Source: an uncultured Candidatus Saccharibacteria bacterium
Lineage (GTDB): Bacteria > Patescibacteriota > Minisyncoccia > Phycocordibacterales > UBA9973
Length of the DNA: 50,403 bases
Assembly (NCBI GenBank): GCA_964401625.1
Contig: CAYNYY010000003.1
Location: forward strand, 1-50,403
Direction: 5' to 3'
Part shown: positions 1 through 10,081 of the stretch, piece after piece
Position numbering within the stretch: position 1 is the first letter of the stretch
Layout of the letters: the number at the start of each line of letters is the position of its first letter
Notes under the pieces: model-generated
The model's database searches: none
What the model saw: the letters and a program-made list of their open reading frames with translations, nothing else
Told to the model about the DNA's origin: nothing
Position numbers and translations under genes: made by a program

Positions 1-1
1 C

Positions 2-1867
2 GCGAAAATACAAAATGGTGTTGATGCGACGGCACTTTCAACCACGACTCCTTTCGGCACGGTTCATGTGGCTGCAGGTAATTATCCTGAAAATGTAGTT
101 GTTAATCGAGCGGTAAAAATTATAAGTGCAAATGCGGCGATAGATCCGAATGGTACAATATCACGTAATACTGAAGCAGCGATTGACCCGTCTTCCGGAA
201 CCTCTGTAACTGTTAAGAGCTCTGGCGTTACATTAAACGGATTTACGATTAGTCCAAATGGTTCGGTCGGAATTAGTGTTGCGTCTGGAATGAGTAATGA
301 AAACTTCGCGTACAATATCTTTAACGATATTACGGGAGCAAGTGCCAAGGGTATTTATCTTGGAGCTGGTCAATCTACTATGACTATTGCACATAACTTA
401 TTCAGCAACATAAAAAGCTCTGATAGTGCAGTGTATGGTGTTTATGTAGGTAATTATAGTACTGGTACCGTTGCCTCAAGTACAGGAATTGCCATTAGTA
501 ACAATACGTTTGATAGCATTAAAACCACTGTTTCTTCCAGTGATGCAACTCCTCAATATGCAATAGCTTACGGCATATACACGGATAACAGCCAAGGCGC
601 TGGGCTTACCATTGCCGGCAACACTTTCTCAAACCTTTCAGGTTTCGGGACTCACGCGATTGGTCTTGAGGGACCAACGCCAAACGCGAGCATAACGGGT
701 AACACCTTTAAGACTCTCAGTGCTACAGCGACTGACCCACAAGCTGCGTATGACAAGTTTGGTATTTTCTTCCAAGACAATCCAGATGGTGGCAGTGCAA
801 CGATTAGTAATAATAAGTTTGATGGTGGAAAAGCCGACTTTGGTGGCGTAGCCGTGGATACTAATGATACTACTACCGGATACACAGTAGATGCTACGAG
901 TAACTGGTGGGGAGATAAAACAGGTCCATGGGATCCAATTGCCGCTGGCGGTCTCAACCCAAATGGTCTAGGTGTGTATGTAAGTAAAAATGTAACTTAT
1001 TCCCCTTGGTTCACTACTTCTGATATGACAACTTTTGAGTCAACTATTGATGGTGATATTTCAGCAAAGACACCTAGTGAAGTTACAAAAAATGGAACAA
1101 GTGATGGTGTTGAAGTTACAGCAACAATTCCAGCAGGAACTACCATAACTGGTAATTCTTCTTGGGATGGAACAATAGAAGCTCCAACGGCTACAACTAC
1201 AACAATTAAAACACCTGACGGATACAGTAGTGTAAATGTTACTTCAGCAATTTCAATTGGATCTAGTGATTCAGATTTGACCTTTGATAAAGCGGTTAAA
1301 CTTACTTTTACCGGGCAAGCTGGTAAATTAGTTGGTTGGTATAATCATGCTGGTACTTTTACAGAAATTACTAATGTTTGTAATAGTTTAACTGCTCCAA
1401 CTCTAACAGCAGGATCCTCATGTAAAATTGATGCTACTAATGATACAGATTTAATTGTTTGGACTAAACACTTCTCAACTTTTGTCACTTATACTCAAAC
1501 TCCAATTATTACAACCGCTGGTGGTGGAACATTTACCCCTGCTCCAGTAGCTTCTACACCCGTAGTGGCTCCTGTAGTTTCTCCTGTTGTAGTAGCAGCT
1601 CCAATATCAACAACTCCAACTGCTCCAGCTGGTCAAGTTCTTGGTGCTGAAACATATAACTTTAGTTTGAGGCTTGCTTCTGGTTCTAAGGGAGATGAAG
1701 TCAAACAACTTCAAACATTCATAAAGAATCTTGACTTTAATTGTGGTCCAAAAGATGGTATCTTTGGACCTAAAACAAAAGCCGGTGTTATTTATCTTCA
1801 ATTAACAAATCATTTAGTAGGAGATGGTATTGTAGGACCTCTCACTAGAGCAGTGTTAAATAAATAA
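2..1867 (+). CDS. Cell-surface right-handed beta-helix (PbH1/NosD-like) repeat protein with a C-terminal peptidoglycan-binding domain; the 5' end is cut by the window edge
   Basis: The frame is open from nt 2 (AKIQNGVDAT...GTVHVAAGNYPE), so GTG at 68 is not the real start. Repeats of the type IAHNLFSNI, ISNNTFDSI, IAGNTFSNL, ITGNTFKTL and ISNNKFDGG, plus NWWGDKTGPWDP, are typical of parallel beta-helix proteins. A Pro/Thr/Val linker follows, then GDEVKQLQTFIKNL...GIFGPKTKAGV...DGIVGPLT, which looks like PG_binding_1. Confidence 0.75.
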   Translation, partial: AKIQNGVDATALSTTTPFGTVHVAAGNYPENVVVNRAVKIISANAAIDPNGTISRNTEAAIDPSSGTSVTVKSSGVTLNGFTISPNGSVGISVASGMSNENFAYNIFNDITGASAKGIYLGAGQSTMTIAHNLFSNIKSSDSAVYGVYVGNYSTGTVASSTGIAISNNTFDSIKTTVSSSDATPQYAIAYGIYTDNSQGAGLTIAGNTFSNLSGFGTHAIGLEGPTPNASITGNTFKTLSATATDPQAAYDKFGIFFQDNPDGGSATISNNKFDGGKADFGGVAVDTNDTTTGYTVDATSNWWGDKTGPWDPIAAGGLNPNGLGVYVSKNVTYSPWFTTSDMTTFESTIDGDISAKTPSEVTKNGTSDGVEVTATIPAGTTITGNSSWDGTIEAPTATTTTIKTPDGYSSVNVTSAISIGSSDSDLTFDKAVKLTFTGQAGKLVGWYNHAGTFTEITNVCNSLTAPTLTAGSSCKIDATNDTDLIVWTKHFSTFVTYTQTPIITTAGGGTFTPAPVASTPVVAPVVSPVVVAAPISTTPTAPAGQVLGAETYNFSLRLASGSKGDEVKQLQTFIKNLDFNCGPKDGIFGPKTKAGVIYLQLTNHLVGDGIVGPLTRAVLNK

Positions 1868-1888
1868 TTAACTACAAGTTTCTTAGAT

Positions 1889-1916
1889 AAACCCCCACCT
1901 TTACAGGTGGGGGTTT
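1889..1916 (+). terminator. Rho-independent terminator after the beta-helix gene
   Basis: AAACCCCCACC / loop TTTACA / GGTGGGGGTTT forms a perfect 11-bp GC-rich stem ending in a T run. Confidence 0.8.
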
Positions 1917-1934
1917 ATCGTGTATAATTCGGAT

Positions 1935-2990
1935 ATGTTAGCTTGGCTTAAAAAACATTTTATTCCTCACGAGGGGAATAATCATCGTCCCCACATATTA
2001 CACAGAAAAAGTATTCGCAATATACTTTTAGTTGTTGTATTTTTAGAGGTCTTTACATTTTTAATTCCAATAGTTTCTAAAGTAGATATGAATGGAGGTA
2101 TGGCTGCTGTCTTACCAGCTATTTTGAGTAATTTGACTAATGGAGAACGAGAAACTCAACACCTTAAACCTCTTATTGTAGATCCATTATTAAATAAAGC
2201 TGCAGAAATGAAAGCGAAAGATATGGCCCTAAAAGGGTACTTTGCTCACACAAGCCCAGAAGGTAAAACTCCATGGTATTGGCTTAAGAAAGTTGGATAT
2301 AATTATCAGTATGCTGGAGAGAATTTAGCCATTAATTTTAGTGATTCTAAAGATGTTGTTTTGGCTTGGATGGCTAGTCCTCCCCACAGAGCAAATATTG
2401 AAAAAATAAATTATACAGAAATAGGAACAGGAGTTGCTGAAGGTATATATAAAGGTAGAAAAACAATATTTGTAGCACAAGAATATGCAAATCCTCTACC
2501 CAGGATTTATATTGCTCCCGTAGTTCATAGTAATCGTAGTAAAAGTAGTAAAAATATAGCAATAACTAAGAATATAAAGAAAACAAATAATCTAAAGACA
2601 ATTAATGAAGCTAATGTTTTAGGAGCTGAAACTGAAACAAATAAAATAAATATAGGCGTTAATAATACTCCCAATAATATAAATACTTCGGTAAAAACAA
2701 ATCAAAATAATATAGTAAAAATTAATGTTATTAAGCCTACTTTTTGGCAGAAAGCATTTGCTTCACCTCGTAATACTATGGATACTATTTTATATATAGT
2801 CTTTGGATTAATTACCATTGCTTTGATTCTTTATATTGTTATAAAAATGAGAAATCACCATATTGACTTAATAACTAATGGATTAATTTTCCTAGCTATA
2901 ATTGGAATTATTTTTGTAGCTAATTATTATATTACTCATAAAAATATGATAATTATTCCAAGTATAGATTATTCATATACCAATAAATAA
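1935..2990 (+). CDS. CAP/SCP (YkwD-like) domain membrane protein
   Basis: The segment [44 protein letters not shown]...[11 protein letters not shown] matches the CAP-domain pattern. There is one N-terminal and two C-terminal hydrophobic helices, with an Asn/Lys-rich linker. The ATG at 1935 is preferred over the GTG at 1920, which lies inside a TATAAT-like box. Confidence 0.7.
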   Translation: MLAWLKKHFIPHEGNNHRPHILHRKSIRNILLVVVFLEVFTFLIPIVSKVDMNGGMAAVLPAILSNLTNGERETQHLKPLIVDPLLNKAAEMKAKDMALKGYFAHTSPEGKTPWYWLKKVGYNYQYAGENLAINFSDSKDVVLAWMASPPHRANIEKINYTEIGTGVAEGIYKGRKTIFVAQEYANPLPRIYIAPVVHSNRSKSSKNIAITKNIKKTNNLKTINEANVLGAETETNKINIGVNNTPNNINTSVKTNQNNIVKINVIKPTFWQKAFASPRNTMDTILYIVFGLITIALILYIVIKMRNHHIDLITNGLIFLAIIGIIFVANYYITHKNMIIIPSIDYSYTNK

Positions 2991-3028
2991 GATTATTAAT
3001 TTTAACTTTATATTTTATAATTATAATT

Positions 3029-3802
3029 ATGGACGATACACAAATAATTATTTTAGCAGCTGGGAAGGGGAAGCGAATGGAGTCTGATGAACCTAAGGCT
3101 CTTGCTATGCTTAATGGTAAACCTTTTTTGAGACACATTTTAGATACTTTAGATAACCTAGATTTACAAATTGACCCTGTGATAGTTGTTGGGCATAAAA
3201 AAGAGAAGATATTTGATGTGATAGGCTCAGGTTATAATTATGCATATCAAGAAGAATTACTTGGAACTGGTCATGCGGTTTTATCAGCTAAAGATTATAC
3301 TCATCCTGAACATAAGGTAGTTGTTGTTTTGTCCACCGACCAGCCGTTAGTTTCTAAAGATACAATAGAAAGAATTGTTAAAATACATACAGAAAAAAAA
3401 GCTACTGTAACTTTAGGAACAGTAGTATTACCTGATTTTAATGAATGGAGAGCTGGAATTATAAATCTTGGTAGAATTATCAGAAATAAAGATAATAAAG
3501 TAATTGGAATTGTTGAATATAAGGATGCCAACGAAGATGAAAAGAAAATTATGGAAATAAATCCAGCTCTTTATGCTTTTGATTCTCACTGGCTTTGGAA
3601 AAATATAAATAATATAAAAAATGAGAATTCACAGAACGAATATTATCTGACAGACCTTGTGAAGTTAGCTAGTTCGGAAGGGGAAAAAATAGAAGCAGTC
3701 CCACTAGAAAATATGATAGAAGTATTCCAGCCTAATTATAAATCTGAATTAAAGGTTCTAGAAAAGCTTCTAAAAGAAAATTCAAAAAATAATACAGAAT
3801 AA
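3029..3802 (+). CDS. Sugar-1-phosphate nucleotidyltransferase, similar to the GlmU N-terminal domain, with no acetyltransferase LbH domain
   Basis: It carries the LAAGKGKRM (GxGxR) signature and has an NTP-transferase fold length of 257 aa. Confidence 0.7.
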   Translation: MDDTQIIILAAGKGKRMESDEPKALAMLNGKPFLRHILDTLDNLDLQIDPVIVVGHKKEKIFDVIGSGYNYAYQEELLGTGHAVLSAKDYTHPEHKVVVVLSTDQPLVSKDTIERIVKIHTEKKATVTLGTVVLPDFNEWRAGIINLGRIIRNKDNKVIGIVEYKDANEDEKKIMEINPALYAFDSHWLWKNINNIKNENSQNEYYLTDLVKLASSEGEKIEAVPLENMIEVFQPNYKSELKVLEKLLKENSKNNTE

Positions 3803-3824
3803 TACAAAAATAGAAATAGAAAAA

Positions 3825-4751
3825 TTATTTATTCTTATGTAGCCAAATATATAAATCTTCTATGGCTTTAACAGCATCACCAACAGCGATACCATTTTGA
3901 TGGTATCTGCCATTTGAGCAGTCTCCAGCAGCCCAAATTCCTGGAATGGAACTCATTTGAGTCATCGGATCAACAACAATTTTATTGATTCTATCTAACT
4001 CAACTATATCTTTCATAAAATTAGTATTAGGAATTTGACCAATTTCAACGAATATCCCATCTGTTTTTAAGGTATATTCTTTTTCCGTAATTTTATCTGT
4101 ATAAGTTAATGAATTAACAAATTTATCACCATCTACCCTCGTAATCTGTGCATTTCTTATAGCTTTAAATTTAGAATTTTTCATAACTTTTTCAACTGTT
4201 ATTTCATCAGCTCTGAAGTTTTCACTACGATGAACCATAATTACACTTTTACAATAAGCTAATAGTTGAGCTGAAGTTTCAAAACCAGCATTACCGCCAC
4301 CAATCACCAAAACATCTTTATCAGCAAAAAGAGGACCATCACAAGATGCACAATAAGTAATACCCTTATGCTCAAATTTGTCAGCATTGATAGCTTCCAA
4401 TTTTCTTCTACTACTTCCTGTTGCTACTAAAATAGATCTGGAAGTATAACTTTTTCCCGACTCTGTTTTAATAATAAAAACTTTGTCATTTTTTTCTATC
4501 TTGTCTATTGTTTCTCCCTCAACGATATCTAAAAAGGGACCCTTATAATAAAGGATATGTTTTTTAAGATTTTCTGCTAAATCAGTCCCAGATATTTCTG
4601 GTGTACCTATCCAATTATAAATTTTCTCTGAAACTATTGATTGTCCGCCAAATTCTTTAAGAATTATGGCAGTTTTTAATTGTTTGCGTGCCCCATAAAC
4701 GGCAGCGGCTGTTCCGGCTGGGCCTGCTCCTAAAATTACTAGATCATACAT
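3825..4751 (-). CDS. trxB: Thioredoxin-disulfide reductase
   Basis: It has the FAD motif ILGAGPAGTAAAVYG, the redox CASC motif, the NADPH motif VIGGGNAGFE and a C-terminal GDC motif. Confidence 0.9.
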   Translation of the reverse strand: MYDLVILGAGPAGTAAAVYGARKQLKTAIILKEFGGQSIVSEKIYNWIGTPEISGTDLAENLKKHILYYKGPFLDIVEGETIDKIEKNDKVFIIKTESGKSYTSRSILVATGSSRRKLEAINADKFEHKGITYCASCDGPLFADKDVLVIGGGNAGFETSAQLLAYCKSVIMVHRSENFRADEITVEKVMKNSKFKAIRNAQITRVDGDKFVNSLTYTDKITEKEYTLKTDGIFVEIGQIPNTNFMKDIVELDRINKIVVDPMTQMSSIPGIWAAGDCSNGRYHQNGIAVGDAVKAIEDLYIWLHKNK

Positions 4752-4755
4752 AATA

Positions 4756-5949
4756 TTATTTTTTTCTTCTTAAAAATGCTGGCACAGTGCTCCAGTCATC
4801 TGTGTCATCTATAAATAATTCATCTTCTTCTTTTCCCTTTTTATTATTTTTATTATTTTTCTTTAGATATTCTTCAGAATTATTTTTTTCAGAGTCTTTG
4901 TTTGTAGATTCATCATTATCTTCTCCTGTATTACTATTTCCTAATTGGTCATTATCTTTATTTTGACTTTGAAAGAGAGAACGTTTAGGAGCATCAGTGG
5001 GGAAACCTGTAGCAATAACTGTAACTTTCATTTCGCCTTTTTTAAGTTTTTCATCATTTATAGTTCCAAAAATAACAGTTGATTCTTTGTCTATAGATTC
5101 TGTTATAATTTTTGCAGCTTCTTGTATTTCGTGGATAGTTAAATCATCACCACCTGAAATAGCAAAAAGAACTCCTCTGGCTCCAGAAATAGAAAGATCT
5201 AGAAGGGGAGAATTAATTGCAGCTAAAGCAGCTTTTTCTGACCTACCTTCACCAGCAGCGACACCAATACCCATCAAAGCACTTCCTGAATCAGACATAA
5301 CTGCTTTTATATCAGCAAAATCAACATTAATCATTCCTGGGGTAGTTATCAATTCAGAAATTCCTTCAACAGCTTGTTTAAGGACTTCGTCACACATAGC
5401 AAAAGCTTGTTTGAAGCCAACTTCTTTTCCTGAAATTACAATTAATCTATCATTAGGAATTACAATAATAGCATCAACTTCACGTTCAAGTTCAGCTAAG
5501 CCCGTTTCAGCTATTTTCATTCGTTGATTACCTTCAAATGAGAAAGGTTTAGTAACTACTGCAACTGTTAGAATTCCTTGTTCCTTAGCAGCTTGAGCCA
5601 CAATTGGAGCAGCTCCTGTTCCAGTACCTCCTCCCATACCGCAAGCTATAAATATCATATCAGCACCTTTAATAACATCTTGGATTTCTGCTTTTGTTTC
5701 TCCTGCAGCTCTTTTACCAACCTCAGGATCCATCCCTGCTCCAAGACCTTTAGTAAGATTTTTACCAAGATGAACTTTTTTTTCGGCTAAAGAATTATGA
5801 AGATCTTGGGTGTCTGTATTCATTGCAATAAACTCAACTCCCTTAACTCTTGAGCTAATCATATGGTTTAAAGCATTTTTACCAGAACCACCGATACCAA
5901 CAACCTTTATTCTAGCGAATGATTCTATTTCTGGATTAATTTTAGGCAT
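4756..5949 (-). CDS. ftsZ: Cell division GTPase FtsZ
   Basis: It has the tubulin signature GGGTGTGAAP, the N-terminal IKVVGIGGSGKNA and the C-terminal anchor peptide VPAFLRRK. Confidence 0.97.
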   Translation of the reverse strand: MPKINPEIESFARIKVVGIGGSGKNALNHMISSRVKGVEFIAMNTDTQDLHNSLAEKKVHLGKNLTKGLGAGMDPEVGKRAAGETKAEIQDVIKGADMIFIACGMGGGTGTGAAPIVAQAAKEQGILTVAVVTKPFSFEGNQRMKIAETGLAELEREVDAIIVIPNDRLIVISGKEVGFKQAFAMCDEVLKQAVEGISELITTPGMINVDFADIKAVMSDSGSALMGIGVAAGEGRSEKAALAAINSPLLDLSISGARGVLFAISGGDDLTIHEIQEAAKIITESIDKESTVIFGTINDEKLKKGEMKVTVIATGFPTDAPKRSLFQSQNKDNDQLGNSNTGEDNDESTNKDSEKNNSEEYLKKNNKNNKKGKEEDELFIDDTDDWSTVPAFLRRKK

Positions 5950-6129
5950 ATAAAATTGTATTATTTCTCTCTATAATGGTTTTATAGAGCGATAAATTGT
6001 TAAATATTAAATTACGAATGTATAGTCGTTGTCTGACCAATGGCAACAGATCAATACTTATATATTATCAATTCTGACATAAAAAGCAAATGTATTAATG
6101 AAGGTAAGATTATGTTGCCTTTTAAAAAT

Positions 6130-7305
6130 TTAAGGTAAAAGTTGAGATAGAATAGATTTAATAAAGATTTTAACTTGTGTTAAATTATTATTAACCAAAC
6201 TTTTTATATTTTCGTTAGAGGAATTTTCGTTAGCGGATAAAGTTAAACCAAATGCTGTATACCAAGATGTATCTCTAACTTTAAATCTATTATTTACACT
6301 TGCTTCAATCGGGCCGATGTGGACCGGAAGTTTCAGTTGGTTGCGAGCCAATTCTTCTATATTATTTATATAACTTCCTCCACCTGTAAAAATAATTCCA
6401 GCAGGAAGAAGTTCGTTTCTATGAATACGCTTTAAATTATTTCCAATTAATTCAAAAATATCAATTAATCGCGCCTCTATAATTTCATTAATTTTCTTTT
6501 TTGGATAATCCGTTCCAATTATACTACCCAATTTAATACTTTCAGCTTCCTCTAGAGAAATTTTCAAACCAAGAGCAATATCTTTTGTAATATCTATACT
6601 ACCAATTGGAAAGACTTGCAGAGAAATCAATAAGTTATTTTCAAAACAGGCTAGAGATACTGTCTCTGCCCCGATATTTACTAAAGCACAACCTGCTACT
6701 TTTTGTTTAAGAGTTAAAAGAATATTACCATCGGCTATTGGAGAAGCTATAATATCTTGGATTTCTATTTTAGCCAAAGCAAAAGCAGTAGATAAATCAT
6801 CAACATTTTGTTTAAGACAAGTGACAAAGAGAGTTTTAACCCCAAGTTTAACGCCACGCATTCCTTCTGGCCTGACATAAAGTTCTTTGCCATCTAATTT
6901 ATAAGCAATTGGAATGACATGAATTATCTTTCTATTTAAAAGATTCAAACTTTTTTCACTTAGAGCAATCGCTTTTGAAACATCTAAACTAGTTATTTCT
7001 TGATCAGATTTAGAAATAACAACTGATCCTGTTGAAGTTGTTGAATTAAGGCTTATTCCTCCGATAGAAACAAAAGCTTTTCTAATTTTTACTCCAGGAG
7101 TTTTTTCAGCTTGTTCAACCGCTCTTTTAATACTTTCTGAAACTAAATCTATATTTCTGATATAGCCACGTCTCATTCCTTGACTTTCAGTTTGCCCAAC
7201 CGAAATAACTAGAGGTTTTTTATTATCCTTATCATATCCAATGACTACAACTCTAGTCATATAAGTTCCTATATCAATTCCACAAATATAATTATTTCTT
7301 ATCAT
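6130..7305 (-). CDS. ftsA: Cell division protein FtsA
   Basis: It has actin-fold phosphate motifs (GIDIGTYMTRV, VNIGAETVS, FTGGGS), a C-terminal amphipathic helix, and lies directly upstream of ftsZ. Confidence 0.9.
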   Translation of the reverse strand: MIRNNYICGIDIGTYMTRVVVIGYDKDNKKPLVISVGQTESQGMRRGYIRNIDLVSESIKRAVEQAEKTPGVKIRKAFVSIGGISLNSTTSTGSVVISKSDQEITSLDVSKAIALSEKSLNLLNRKIIHVIPIAYKLDGKELYVRPEGMRGVKLGVKTLFVTCLKQNVDDLSTAFALAKIEIQDIIASPIADGNILLTLKQKVAGCALVNIGAETVSLACFENNLLISLQVFPIGSIDITKDIALGLKISLEEAESIKLGSIIGTDYPKKKINEIIEARLIDIFELIGNNLKRIHRNELLPAGIIFTGGGSYINNIEELARNQLKLPVHIGPIEASVNNRFKVRDTSWYTAFGLTLSANENSSNENIKSLVNNNLTQVKIFIKSILSQLLP

Positions 7306-7325
7306 GAGTAGTTAAGAAAAGCTTT

Positions 7326-7712
7326 TTAAGATAACAACTGAAAAAATTTCTTTTCTTCTTTCTCCATTATACTACTATGTTTGAATCCTTTCAAATGTAA
7401 TAATCCGTGGATAAGTAGATATTTAAAGAAATTAGGATATGTCATTCCAAAAAGATGAGCATCTTTTTTTATTTTAGACAAATCTAAAGTTATTTCACCA
7501 GAATTTTTAGAGAAGGGAAAAGATAATATATTTGTTGTTTCATTTATTCCTCTATAAGTTCTATTGATTTCTTTCTGTTTCGCTGGAGAAAGTATTCCTA
7601 TGCTTAAATCATATTTTTCACCAAGGATGGTATTTTTTATAGAGACAAAAGGCAAGCTTGGTAGCTTGCCTTTTGTTTTATTTGTAATTATACAAGATTC
7701 AGGACTTTTCAT
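7326..7712 (-). CDS. ybeY: rRNA maturation endoribonuclease YbeY
   Basis: It has the HGLLHLKGFKH zinc motif (HxxxHxxxxxH) and is 128 aa long. Confidence 0.85.
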   Translation of the reverse strand: MKSPESCIITNKTKGKLPSLPFVSIKNTILGEKYDLSIGILSPAKQKEINRTYRGINETTNILSFPFSKNSGEITLDLSKIKKDAHLFGMTYPNFFKYLLIHGLLHLKGFKHSSIMEKEEKKFFQLLS

Positions 7713-7725
7713 ATAATAAATTTAA

Positions 7726-7971
7726 TTATCTCCTTCTCTTATGTCCTTTAATTTCTTTACCTAATTTGTAAAGTTTTTCATTTATTTTCTTTCTTTCTAT
7801 CCTTTTAAGAGCTGCTTCTTTTATTTTAATCTTAGAAAGAGCTCTTTCATTAAAGCGCTTACTTTTTACTTTTTGAATAATTCCAGAATCTCTAACCCTT
7901 CGGCTGAATCTACGGATAAGACTCATATTACTCTCGTTTGAATTTTTTTTAATCTCAATCACTGTAATCAT
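7726..7971 (-). CDS. rpsU: 30S ribosomal protein S21
   Basis: It is a small basic protein whose LIRRFSRRVRDSGIIQKVKSKRFNE segment matches the S21 pattern (ALRRFKR...G...E.RRR.FYEKP). Confidence 0.75.
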   Translation of the reverse strand: MITVIEIKKNSNESNMSLIRRFSRRVRDSGIIQKVKSKRFNERALSKIKIKEAALKRIERKKINEKLYKLGKEIKGHKRRR

Positions 7972-8042
7972 ATGGACAATATAATATCATATCATTTGAA
8001 TTTAAGCAAGATTTTATAAGAAAATTCTTTATTTATTCCATT

Positions 8043-10007
8043 TTATAATAAATCTTCAGGATCAACATTAATTAAGAATGAAGGGGGGAGTAGAGATAAG
8101 TTGTTTGATAAATCTTTATTTATAATTATTTTGTCGTTTATAGGTAATGGCCATAAGGTTGGATCAATTTTAATTACAGTATTGGTGACATATTGACCTT
8201 TAACTTTTCCAATAAAAGCACTAAATATCTGGGGATCATAATTATTGAATAATTTATTTAATAATTCTCTTGCTTTTTCAGTTTCCTTAGTTGTTCCGCT
8301 AAATGTTATTTTAATTAATCTCTTAAAAGGAGGATAGCCAAATTGTTTTCTTTCTTTTAAATCTTCTCTATATAAAGGTAATACATTACCACTTAAAATA
8401 TGCCTAAGAATATGATTTTCCTCTAATCGTGTTTGAATTATTAAATTTCTCTCGGTGATATAGTTTAATTTTTCTATAATATGCAATATCTTTTGGGTGA
8501 TATTAAAACTTGGAATTGACATTAATCCATCCAGAGAAATAATGGCACTATGAATGATATTAGTGTCTAGATAAGAAAAGACCATCTCGGTTCCAATTAA
8601 TATACTTCCGCGATTTTTATTGAATTGGGTTATTGCATTTTTAGCTTCTTTAATAGTTGGAGTAGATTCTTTGTCTATTTGAATAATATTAGCTTTAGGA
8701 AATAATTTTTTTACTTCTTGATACACTCTGCTTGTTCCAATTCCAAGGGGTATTAAATTCCAACTTAGACATTCTGGACAACGTATTTCTGCCGTTTCCT
8801 TTCTGCCACACTTATTACACATAAAAAGGCGATGACTTATTGTCTTTCCGTCAATTTTTTTCTTTGTTTCATAAAGAACTATTGGAGTTGAACAATTTGG
8901 ACAAAGTAAAACATTATTACAATCATGACATACAGTAACAGGAGCTAACCCTTTTCGCACAGAAAAAAGAAACACTGATTCATTTTTAGAAATAGCGTAA
9001 GTAATCATTTTTTTTGTAGTTTCAGATAAAACACTAAATTTTTTCTTTTCGCCAGCATTTGTTTCTTCCTTCATATTAATTACAAGCTGTCTGTCTGTCT
9101 GAGCAATTCTGAAAAGAGGAGCAGAGACTTCACCAAGCTCTTTATTTTCATTTCTATAAAGTGTTTCTGGTCTAAGTAGACTATCTCCAAAAATTAATTT
9201 TATATTTTTCAAGGAACAAAGAATTTCTGCAAAACTACGAATATCAAGATACGGTCTAGTTAATTGTTTATAAGCATCAGAGCTTTCATGTTCTATAATA
9301 ATTGTTTTTATATCAGCTCGAGGAATGGAAAGAAACATTCCAGTTCCAATGATAAGAATTGGATGATTTTCTGTAATAGCTTTATTATAATTACTAATTA
9401 ATATTTTTTTAGTCATATCGCTATGAAAAGAAAAAACATAGATTTCTATACCTTTAAATAATTCAGTTTTAATTTTTTCTATATCATAGCGAGTAGGAAC
9501 ACAAATGAAAACAGATTCTTTTTTAGCAAAAGCTTCTCGAATAAGAGTTCTATACCAACTCATACGATCAGGAGTTAAATTTTGAAAAATTAATTTTTCA
9601 TGTTTAATGTTACTAGAAACTTCTGTCTTTTTTTGCTTAGCTTCTTCTATTATTGGAATTTCTAATTCATTATAGTTTTCTAAAAAGACACTTGGTAAAA
9701 ATGTTTTTATAATTGCTCCAAGATTTCCTTGAGTATATTGTTTCATTTTTTTACAAGCAGTAAAAAATGATTGAGTGAAAGGGGAGGGTCCTTTAATTTG
9801 TATTATCTTTTTGAGTTTGTAGTTTCTTGTTTTCAAATCAGATTTTAGATCTCTAGCATTTTCTATGTTAACAACAATGGCATTAATATTTTTAAACCTA
9901 ATAGGAATAACTACGATATGCCCTAAAGGTATATTAGTTGATGAAAAATATGTCAAGTATTCTTTTGGAAGTCCTTTTTTAATCGGAATAACAGTAACAA
10001 TATACAT
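8043..10007 (-). CDS. priA: Primosomal protein N' (PriA)-like, with degenerate helicase motifs
   Basis: It is collinear with PriA and keeps the Cys-rich region (CHDC..CPNC...CNKC...CPEC) and the YPPF tail. Walker A, DExH, motif III and motif VI are all replaced (see findings). Confidence 0.8.
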   Translation of the reverse strand: MYIVTVIPIKKGLPKEYLTYFSSTNIPLGHIVVIPIRFKNINAIVVNIENARDLKSDLKTRNYKLKKIIQIKGPSPFTQSFFTACKKMKQYTQGNLGAIIKTFLPSVFLENYNELEIPIIEEAKQKKTEVSSNIKHEKLIFQNLTPDRMSWYRTLIREAFAKKESVFICVPTRYDIEKIKTELFKGIEIYVFSFHSDMTKKILISNYNKAITENHPILIIGTGMFLSIPRADIKTIIIEHESSDAYKQLTRPYLDIRSFAEILCSLKNIKLIFGDSLLRPETLYRNENKELGEVSAPLFRIAQTDRQLVINMKEETNAGEKKKFSVLSETTKKMITYAISKNESVFLFSVRKGLAPVTVCHDCNNVLLCPNCSTPIVLYETKKKIDGKTISHRLFMCNKCGRKETAEIRCPECLSWNLIPLGIGTSRVYQEVKKLFPKANIIQIDKESTPTIKEAKNAITQFNKNRGSILIGTEMVFSYLDTNIIHSAIISLDGLMSIPSFNITQKILHIIEKLNYITERNLIIQTRLEENHILRHILSGNVLPLYREDLKERKQFGYPPFKRLIKITFSGTTKETEKARELLNKLFNNYDPQIFSAFIGKVKGQYVTNTVIKIDPTLWPLPINDKIIINKDLSNNLSLLPPSFLINVDPEDLL

Positions 10008-10081
10008 ATTTATATCCTAACACAAACTAATAAGGGCGACTATATATGTATTAGTAAATTTTATGTTATAGTGGACTACAT

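Noticed and set aside
1637-1654. The shared hexapeptide VLGAET in the beta-helix protein and in the neighbouring CAP-domain protein, considered as a possible sorting or processing motif.
   Set aside because: It is only six residues long, the DNA is not identical, and the flanking context differs. That is too weak to call a motif from two occurrences.
4997-5527. A 176-aa ORF antisense to ftsZ, together with the many other 60-100-aa ORFs in the track that lie opposite strong genes (for example 82-348, 652-957, 14147-14335, 27498-27776, 31234-31554 and 46043-46267).
   Set aside because: They are shadow ORFs inside well-supported conserved genes. Their composition is low-complexity Ser/Ile/Phe-rich, as expected from antisense AT-rich coding DNA, and they have no motifs.
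5969-5990. An AT-only 8-bp hairpin (CTCTATAA TGGTT TTATAGAG) just upstream of the ftsZ start.
   Set aside because: It is a weak stem with no G/C pairs in very AT-rich DNA. Such dyads are expected by chance and there is no other supporting feature.
10008-10081. The strand-bias switch between priA (minus) and mreB (plus), considered as a possible replication origin.
   Set aside because: The spacer is only 74 bp and I could see no DnaA-box clusters (TTATCCACA). No dnaA or dnaN is nearby, and genes at 1-3802 are again on the plus strand.
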